A stretch of DNA of 60,677 bases, counting the filler, from Squatina squatina (Eukaryota): assembly GCA_031763465.1 (NCBI GenBank). It is 4 parts of 4 records of this genome, joined end to end, with 100 filler letters (N's around TTAATTAATTAA, not from the genome) between each part and the next. Parts side by side here need not be neighbours in the genome. Positions count along the whole stretch, not along the records: positions 47,559 to 60,677 come from JARFOE010000189.1; 3 more parts are not named here. One strand, given 5' to 3'. The notes under the pieces are model-generated. The model saw nothing but the letters and a program-made list of their open reading frames with translations, was not told the origin of the DNA and did not search any database. This document shows positions 51,859 through 60,677 of the stretch, piece by piece. The position numbers were made by a program, and so were the translations under genes. Every line of letters starts with the position of its first letter. Within the stretch, counting starts at the first letter, position 1.

Positions 51859-52614
51859 TGTTTAAAAATGGCGGCGGCCAGCACACGACATGTGCCTTTA
51901 ATGGCCCTTCGCAACAACAGGGGAAACCGGTCGTTGCCAACACCAGTGGCATCGCAGGGCAGCCAGCCTCCAATTCCGGAGGTGGCGCCCCTGTGGCACA
52001 TGGGAAGATGGGGGCCGTGGGCGGGCGGTGCGTGACGTAATGATGGTGCGCAACTAACGCCAGCGCCATCAAGGCCTATACACCGCCGGGGCGCCAGGCC
52101 CAATACAACAATTTCTCATTTTTTCACTCTACGCTGATTTCCTGCCCAGGTAGCACCACTAATCGGTGCTACCTGGATGTGAAAGTACACCAATTGGGCC
52201 CCCTAAATAGTGCAATTTTAATGGGGCTGTAGCAACAGAGACCTAGGCATGCATGTACAGAAGTCTTTGAAGATGGCAGGAGAAATTGATAAAGGATGTT
52301 AAAACAGCATATTGAATCATTGGCTTTATAAATTGAGGGATAGAGTAAAAANNNNNNNNNNNNNNNNNNNNNNNNNNNNNNNNNNNNNNNNNNNNNNNNN
52401 NNNNNNNNNNNNNNNNNNNNNNNNNNNNNNNNNNNNNNNNNNNNNNNNNNNCTCACTTTAGACGATCGTACAAGATCAAGATAAGGATGTATGGGGAACT
52501 CCTGATTGTGTGTGGCTTGGCCCCACATTGCCAAAACCAGTTAAGCCATTTGAGGAAAGCGGTACAATCCAATTTTAGAGGCAACTTTAATAAAGTTAGC
52601 ATTTAGCCCACTTG

Positions 52615-52842
52615 ATAACTCCCCTATTCACCACCTTCAACATTCACTCCCTCCACCACCAGCGCACAAGATGCACTGCAGCAACTCGCCAAGGCTTCTT
52701 CAGCAGCACCTCCCAAACCACCTAGAAGGACAAGGGCAGCAGATGCATGGGAATAGCACCACCTCCAAGTTCCACCTCTGAGTCACACACCATCCTGACT
52801 TGGAAATATATCGCTGTTCATTCATCGTCGCTGGGTCAAATT
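52615..52842 (+). mobile_element. LINE 3' fragment
   Basis: aacattcactccctccaccacc...aagatgcactgcagcaactcgccaagg...gctgggtcaaa, recognised as a common elasmobranch LINE end. Confidence 0.6.
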
Positions 52843-53959
52843 TAAAAAAAAAAATTACTCCACACATAGCTTCATAACCCAAGTGGTTTTTCCTCGGTAG
52901 CTTGGGTCCAACTCTCTCTGAGAATAAATGGCGGCTCCCACCGCTCTTAATTGTATATTTTCAATTGGTAGTAAATCTTGGAATCAAGGATGCCTTGGAG
53001 TTAATTAACCTCCTGCTCATACACACCTATTTCAGAAAAAGAAACCCTTCTCTTCGTGAGGTAGAATTTTAATATGTCATTATACGATAAACATTATTTC
53101 CTTCTTTAGAATGTGGAGACAATCACGCACATTTGAATTTGGTAATTTTAACAAGTGATGTTTTGAAATGAAAATCATTTAAGGCTAATGATAAAATATT
53201 GGAGGAATTTGAAAATTAATGTAAACTTCCAGAGACACTCAAAAGATTAATTATGCATCAAATTAAAAGATAAAACAGCTTCCACTGCAAAAAAAGTGAT
53301 GGAAAAATACATTTGTAATCAATGGAATCACATTTATGTGCACCAGTCTGATTTAAATTAATCTGGTAATAAAGTATTGAGTTTCGCTTGCAGTTGTCAA
53401 ACTAGGCAAGTGTTTTCCTTTACACAGCATCTTCAAGACTGACTTTGCATGAAGATGTGGCTGCTTTACATCTCGAGTGTCATCAGTGGCATGCGTAGGG
53501 GGCACAGCTCATTTCCTCATGGCAAGGCCCCCTTATTTTCTCTTTGGTACAAAGAATAAATCCATCCGCAGCTCCTCATGAGCTACTGGCATTCTTTAGC
53601 CCGATAAAACCCCACAACAATGAGATGGATTTATTAAAAGGGTGCAGAGATANNNNNNNNNNNNNNNNNNNNNNNNNNNNNNNNNNNNNNNNNNNNNNNN
53701 NNNNNNNNNNNNNNNNNNNNNNNNNNNNNNNNNNNNNNNNNNNNNNNNNNNNCCCACAAAATCTAACCTCTGCTATTGGTAAGAACCTCCTTCCAGTGCT
53801 TCTTTCTTTCCTATCACCACCACCAGCACCAGGTTTTATTTCTGCCATGTCTATTAGATCCACTGCTTTCTAGACTCCAGTATGGGCCTACTCATGATCC
53901 TAATACTATCCCTCTTGTCATACCAAAGATCTGTGACCCTTGTCCCATCCATCTGTTAC

Positions 53960-54430
53960 GTAGGATCATGAGTAAGCCAGTCAGCCACCCGAGCCTGTCC
54001 CACCATTCAGTTAGATTGTGGCTGATCTGTATCTTGACTCCATTTACCCACCTTGGTTCCATACCCTTTAATACCCTCACCTAACAGCAATATATCAGTC
54101 TCAGTTTTGAAAGTTTCAATTGACCTAGTATCAATGGCATTTTAGGGAGGGAGTTCTAGATTTTCACTCCCCTTTGTGTGAAGAAGTGCTTCCTGACATC
54201 ATTTCTGAATGGCCTAGCTATCATTTTCTGCTTATGCCCCTTGTCCTGGACTCCTCCACCAGAGGAAATAGTTTCTGTCTATCTACTCTGTCAAATCCTT
54301 CAATCATCTTAAACACCTCAATCAGATCACTCCTTAATCTTCTATAGTCAATGGAATACAAGCCTAATCTATGCAACTGTCTTCATAATTTAACCCTTTT
54401 AGTCCCGGTGAATCTGTACTGCATTCCTTC
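53960..54430 (-). mobile_element. CR1 LINE 3' end
   Basis: Reverse complement of a CR1 tail (GVKIQISHNLTEW), similar to 40730-40820. Confidence 0.7.
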
Positions 54431-54530
54431 NNNNNNNNNNNNNNNNNNNNNNNNNNNNNNNNNNNNNNNNNNNNNNNNNNNNNNNNNNNNNNNNNNNNNN
54501 NNNNNNNNNNNNNNNNNNNNNNNNNNNNNN

Positions 54531-54710
54531 CTCAGTACTGCCCCTCTGACAGTGCGGCGCTCCCTCAGTACTGCCCCTCTGACAGTGCGGCACTCCCTCA
54601 GTACTGCACTGGGAGTGTCAGCCTAGGTTTTTGTGCTGCAGTTCCTGGAGTAGGACCTGAACCCACGACCTTCTGACTCAGAAACGAGAGTGTTACCCAC
54701 TGAGCCATGG
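54531..54710 (-). mobile_element. tRNA-derived SINE head with an internal 33-bp tandem repeat
   Basis: ctcagtactgcccctctgacagtgcggc(g/a)ctcc repeated about 2.3 times; reverse complement of the SINE head at 58505-58640. Confidence 0.75.
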
Positions 54711-57700
54711 TTGAGTTTCAGCATGTTGGTTTTGTGGTTCAATAATACAGGATGATTGAAAGCCTGAGAAATAAGCAACGTTCTCAATGATCTCTGACAC
54801 GAAGTGGCACTGGGTCCTGCTTGGATTCTGGAAAGTCCGTATCTTGTTTGCAGATAATGAACACGTATACAACATCTGAGCCCTACTCTAACCCTATCCC
54901 TGCAATCACATCCAACCCAACAGTTACATTCTGATGTAGCTCTACCAAAAAGCTGGCACAGGCACAATGGGCCAAATGGCCTCCCTTTGTGCTGTATTAT
55001 GCTGGACCATGATTAGATCATGAAGAAGTTTTCAATTGAGCTGAATTCACCGTGCCCACCCCACCCCACCACCTCCACTGCAAATTCACCACACCCTTCA
55101 GACATTTAAGCGTGTGCTGTTGAACGTCACACCAAACATGATTCCTGCTAAGCCGGGTGTGGCCATTAGTGGTCTAGTACGAGACAGATCAGATGAGAGG
55201 CTTGCTGGTGAAATTCACAGGAGCCTGTGAGTCTTCTTTCCGCTTGCACTGAGAGCCACGTAGCGAGCGATGAGCTTAATAAGTAGGTGCTGTCAGGGAG
55301 AGAGAGGGGCTGGCAGAAGGCTTATGAATCACGCCATTTTATCACATTCCCAGCACCACATGTAATCTGCACAAAAACAAAATGCACAATAATTATTCAA
55401 CAATTAACAGTTTTGCCTGATTACGGTATTGTGCATTAAGCAGAAAATTGACAGCGCACACATCACAATATTCATTTGAGAGCCAGGGACAGATTGATGA
55501 AATATCTTGCTCCTTGTATGAGCTGGTGAGCTCCCCAGCTGTGGCAACAGTTCTTAATAATAACAGGTGCCCTCTTAATTACCCATGCTTTTTTGCTAAC
55601 ACAAAATTATACAATTAACAAGGATGTGTATTCACGCCGCGCTGTGTACTGAATAATATGACACTGTTATTTCCTCAAAAACTAACATCCTTTTTCGTAG
55701 CTGAGGGCTTTGTTCAGGAACACGACTGCCACTGAATTACCAGCTGTTCCTTCACATCTGAAAGGATTGAGCTAAATGGAGCTTTTCATCACTGTAATCA
55801 AAATGGGAATTTGACGCTCTGGTGATTGAATGGCTGAGTCAGCTCCCCGCGAGCTGTTGCTGACCCATCAGAGGTGAGATCCTCAGTCCTGGGTCTCTCC
55901 AGAGTTATCCTGGTCCAGGCAGGGGTGCGGGAGGGGAAGGGTTTGGTTGGAAATTTAAATTNNNNNNNNNNNNNNNNNNNNNNNNNNNNNNNNNNNNNNN
56001 NNNNNNNNNNNNNNNNNNNNNNNNNNNNNNNNNNNNNNNNNNNNNNNNNNNNNNNNNNNNNCCTGCGCTGAGCCCCAACCTCTAAAGGAGACAGCATCCC
56101 ACGCCATCGTTCCCGTCCTTCCTTCCTTTCCTCTCAATCTGTGACCATCCACTCCCCTTGACGGCTCTGCAGCTCCCAATAACATGCCGTATCTCCCCAC
56201 ACACAATCAGCCTCATCGCTGCTTCTGCTCATCCAAGGGTCCCTCATGACTCACTCTCCTTGTCTGACTAATGGTCAGATCTTTTAAACAAACACGACTG
56301 AGCGATGCAGTTCAGAAGTAAGTCGGCAGTGGATGAAACGTGTGTGTAAATAGCAACACGTAGCCTCAACTATACAACTGGTGATTTATCATAAATCAGC
56401 AGAAATGAGGCATCAGTGGGGAGGACAAATAGCTGTACAAATTGAATATGAATGTGCAGATAGGATTAGGAGACAATCATCTGTTTCCTTTAATGACTTT
56501 TTCATTTTATTGCCATTGAAAGTAATTTTCCCAATTATATTCTGATATTGCATTAGTAGAGTTTTTCTCATTTGTAGAATATCATTGACTAAAGCTGAGA
56601 GAACAGTATGGAACGGAATTGATCAATTCTTTGATGCTGGCACTTTCATCTTTGTATCCAAATTGGTTTCGCACAAACAGATTGACTCACGGTGAAATGG
56701 AACAGCAGGATTTCATGGGATTTATCATCAGTTTCATTAGACACTTTCATCAGAAGATCATTTCGCGAAGATAAGATCATGCAAATGGGTGCAGATTACT
56801 GACCCGCATGTAATGATGTTTTCACAACATTTCAATCTTAAAACTCAAGCTTAACATTGTCACACTGCTTGCCAATTTGCCTCATCTTCTCTCCGACTCC
56901 CTCCAGCCTTGGCAATGCCCGAATGGTGCCCTTTGCCCACGGGGGCACCGCAGACTCAGGACTGAAGCTTCTGAAATCCACCAAATTCATCTGAATTGGA
57001 GCTGGCTCCGTGACATTTCTATATCAGCTTGGATACCATGTGTGAAATCGAATGGTTCACAAAATACTTGTGCCATTTGGGTCACCAAAAGTAATTGGTA
57101 CATAGGCACGTCCGAAAATGTTGGGGTAGATCTTTAACTGGTCGCCCAGGCATAAAACTGGCCTTGAGGATGAGCTGCCCATTATAGAAGCCACCCAACT
57201 TTCGTTTCCAAATTCTAAAAGGAAAGTAGTTGTAACAAACTGTGATTATCTTGACTATTTCATTCTTCTGTCCATTTCTATTCATTGTGTCTAAAGGGGG
57301 AGGTGTTGAAATTTCAGTAACGGGATATCAGTATCTAGCCTGTTCCCCTGTCTCGTATTATAACGGAGGCATGGTCTTGTTAACTTTAACCTGGCCGTAC
57401 GCTGGTCAGGTGGCACCTTGACTAGTGAGTTCTGGTCACAGAGACACAAGGGAAACAGCCAAGCTTGGGAAGCACTGCAGAGAAAGAGCCAAAGGCTGAT
57501 TCCTACAGTCCAAGATTTGAGTGACCAGGAAAGGTGGCCAAACTCAAGATCCCTCAGCCTAGAAAGGTTGGCGAATAAGAGGGGACCTTATAGAGGGATG
57601 CAAGTTAGGAAATAGAATAGGAGAGGTTAATCCAGGGTAATTCACAACTGTAGAAACTCGGTTGAAAGTGACGTCACGTGGANNNNNNNNNNNNNNNNNN

Positions 57701-58494
57701 NNNNNNNNNNNNNNNNNNNNNNNNNNNNNNNNNNNNNNNNNNNNNNNNNNNNNNNNNNNNNNNNNNNNNNNNNNNNNNNNNNACCGATCCTGTCACTTTT
57801 TTCCAAATGCTCTACTATTACATCTTTTATAATCGACTCCAGCATAGTTTGCCTGTGCTTGGTTATCGAGGTGCAGTTTAAAGAACAGTTTGGGGAAAGA
57901 ATTCACAATACTTGAATTCTCAAAGCCGAGGAGGTGCAAGACAGTCATCATCAGGAAGGGGCTAGTGGCGGTTTACTCCAGAGGCACCTCGCACCCTTAC
58001 TCCAGAGTTATCGTGCAAACTGAGCATTGCTGAGATATAGAAACCACAGGGTTAAGAAAAGAAGCAAAATGCTGAAGATGCCAGAAACCTGAAAGAGGAA
58101 AATCAGAAAATGCCGGAAACAAGTTCCATCGATGAGTCACAAAAACTGAATCGTTTACTGTTGTTCCTTCTTCCAGAGAAACTGCAACATTAAAGTTGCG
58201 ATATAAACAGACGCGAAAGTCTACTACGTTCATTTTTTTGGGTGGGGGAGGGAAGGGCCTGTCTCCAAGGTGCTCATTTGTTGACTGAACTTCATTGATG
58301 TTTAGCCAGGAGAGAGCAGCGGCAACGCAGCCTCAATCCTCTGCATCTGGGTCTGCAGCTAGATACTTCACCCACCACCAATGTGTATCAGATCATTGCG
58401 GGCAAGGCACCCATGATTTTCGGTAGCCTGCTGGCTGTGGGGCAGACACCTTGTTGTAAAGTCCCGTCTTCGGAGGATTTATCCTCAAGCTCCT

Positions 58495-58930
58495 GGCTCA
58501 ATACATGGTGCAGTGAGTAACAGTCTTGTCTTTGAGCCAGAAGGTTGTGGGTTCAAATCCCATGTGAGAGATGAGCAACTAGTCTAGGTTGACACTCCAG
58601 TGCAGTCTTGAGAGAGTGCTGCACTGTTGGAGGTTCCATCTTTCAGATGAGATGTTAAACTGAGCAGGTAGATACAAAAGATCCTATGATCACTAATCAA
58701 AGATGAGCAGAGGAATTCTCCCCAGTGTCCTGGCCAATATTTATCCTTTAATCAACATCACTGAATACAGACCATTATTGTTTTGTGGGAACTTGCTGTG
58801 CGCAAAATGGCTGCAGTATTTCCTACATTACAACAGTGACTACACTTCAAAAAGTGCTTCATTGGCTGTGAAGCGCTTTGGGTCGTCTGGTGGTCGTGAA
58901 AGGCGCTATAGAAATGCACGTCGCTCTTTC
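58495..58930 (+). mobile_element. DeuSINE (SacSINE1-like), near full length
   Basis: B-box GGTTCAAATCC at about 58550; central ccagtgtcctggccaatatt...cttgctgtgcgcaaaatggctgc (Deu-domain-like); L2-like tail aaggcgctatagaaatgc. Confidence 0.75.
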
Positions 58931-59117
58931 TTTAATAGAAGGGGTTTAATGGCGAATAAACGCTATTTCTACTAACATCACCAAGCAGTGATGTCAGCGC
59001 ACTAACTGCCGACGCAGAACATGCCATTTCCTTCACTTCACACGCGCAGCAAAGTGTGAGACTGTGCGCTGCCCCCGTGACAGATGCTGGACACAGGGTC
59101 CCGACTGCCCCCCTTAC

Positions 59118-59463
59118 CTGCACACGTGGTCAGTTTTGCAGGTCTGATGGAGCGCCAGGCAGTTTAGCTTCTCCTTGTCCTCGTACGAGCACACGGGCAC
59201 AATGGTCTGGCGGCGCCTCTCCGCACAGGCCGGGTTGTTGCAGGAGCAGAAGAGCAGCCGGTAGCTGTACTCCGCCGGCACCCGGTCAAAGAACTGCCTC
59301 AGGGACTTGTGGCACTTTCGGCGGTTGCAGGTGTCGGTGGGCGAGGTGCGCTTGACGCAGGTGGAGATGTAGTTCGAGCGGTACCTTTTGCAGGTGTCGT
59401 TCAGGTTGCAGGCCTTGGCAGCATCCAAACACTGATTGCCTCGAGCTCCAGTGGGTTCCATTC
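59118..59463 (-). CDS. GFRA2: GDNF family receptor alpha, domain-2 exon, most likely GFRA2
   Basis: ttgcag acceptor and gtaagg donor; [14 protein letters not shown]...[30 protein letters not shown]...[20 protein letters not shown]...TDHVCR. Confidence 0.8.
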
Positions 59464-60302
59464 CTGCAACACAACAATAAAGAGGGGAAGGAAAAAAAAA
59501 TTGGGCTTCACACCAGACTTAGTGGAGCAAGCTAANNNNNNNNNNNNNNNNNNNNNNNNNNNNNNNNNNNNNNNNNNNNNNNNNNNNNNNNNNNNNNNNN
59601 NNNNNNNNNNNNNNNNNNNNNNNNNNNNNNNNNNNGTTAATATGAACTTTATAAGAAATTTCTAAACTTCAATATTATATTGAGGGAGTTCTGATTTAAG
59701 TTCTACAAGGCCTGATCATTGACTTGCCGTCTCTCGGGACTTAAATCTGGGTCTTAGTACCACTGTCAGTAAAACATTCCTTCTATACTTGATGATCTAG
59801 CAGATGTATATAGATAAAAATATAAGTATAGGGTTCTGTATCAACTCGTAAACCATGTTAGACGCCAACTGTGGTGATTGTTACGATCCCAGCCCCTTTG
59901 GGACTATCCCGGATCAGGATTAATTCTCAGGCGTTCACTCTCAATCGGAGGTTGAGATTGTCAAATCTTTAAGACACTGAATGGGTCTGACGTCTGGTCT
60001 TTCTCTCTCCAAGGGAAAGGGATCACCCGAGAATATTACCATCCTCCAGATGGCGCTTTTAGCAAGTTCCAGCCAGATTGTAATATCCCAGATATTGTGA
60101 GGGAGCGGGGGTCTCTCCTCAGTAATGCAACTCTTCACCAAAAGAGTGTACGGAGCTTGGGTTCACGAGTTAGTATTACAGAAGACTATACGGGACAATA
60201 TAAAACTATACAGATGTTTAATGATGAAACAATTTGCAATTTACAGCTGGTAAGACCAGCAATGGCAACATTAACAGTTTCTTAAAAAGGTAAAAATCAT
60301 AG

Positions 60303-60677
60303 CAGGTGACATTCGGTAGCGTTCTGGTGTAGGTGTTGCAAACATTTTTAGCGTCTTAATCGCAGTGAAGGCATATTTGGATGCGAAATTCGGCATTTCT
60401 TTAACTTTTTTCCAGAGTGACACTGTTTGGAGGTGCTAACTGCTCAGTGGAGGCGCTGACTGCAGAGGAGAGCTGCTGACTGCAGAGGCGAGGCACTGAT
60501 ACAACAGTCCAGCCCTTTACGGCACAGTGAAGCAAAAGACTTCAGACTCAAGGAGCTGAATGCAGATTCGAGGAAATAATGCCAGGCTGAAGGAGTTTGC
60601 ACCAGAGTGAAGTGAATCAGACCAGACTATAGGAGAACAGTGCTGAGTAACAGAGATCAGACAAGACTGTAGGAGTA
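60303..60677 (+). mobile_element. 5' end of a second copy of the 24568 element, running off the window
   Basis: attcggtagcgt, tgcagaggc, acaacagtccagccc, gacttcaga, tgaatgcagatt and caccagagtgaag are shared in the same order with 24568-24900. Confidence 0.75.

Noticed and set aside
54531-54610. 33-bp direct repeats resembling a CRISPR array
   Set aside because: No spacers, eukaryotic context, and they lie inside a SINE.
58505-58565. tRNA-like B-box
   Set aside because: Head of a tRNA-derived SINE; no cloverleaf can be formed.

Overview
This is vertebrate genomic DNA, not prokaryotic. The repeat content (CR1, L2 and RTE LINEs, a DeuSINE-type SINE, Harbinger remnants) points to a cartilaginous fish. 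Three artificial N44-TTAATTAATTAA-N44 spacers join four unrelated, gappy scaffolds. (1) 1-13466: 3' end of BAZ1B/WSTF (+), with a 25-Glu C-terminal tract, followed by an orphan CRE/TATA promoter-like unit. (2) 13567-34818: exons 1-4 of lysyl oxidase LOX (-) and about 15 kb upstream with Harbinger-like remnants; as assembled, exon 4 has an in-frame TAA and a lost copper-ligand His. (3) 34919-47458: a decayed endogenous retrovirus-like element (coiled-coil/capsid/CCHC gag, a T-rich non-coding spacer where pro-pol should be, an env resembling the lokiretrovirus type, PPT and 3' LTR), then LINEs and MITEs. (4) 47559-60677: an LZTS1 exon (+), ADRB3 (+) and a GFRA2 exon (-). The best candidate for a new system is the pol-less gag-env element. 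All gene and family names come from recalled protein sequences, not database searches, and repeat boundaries are approximate.
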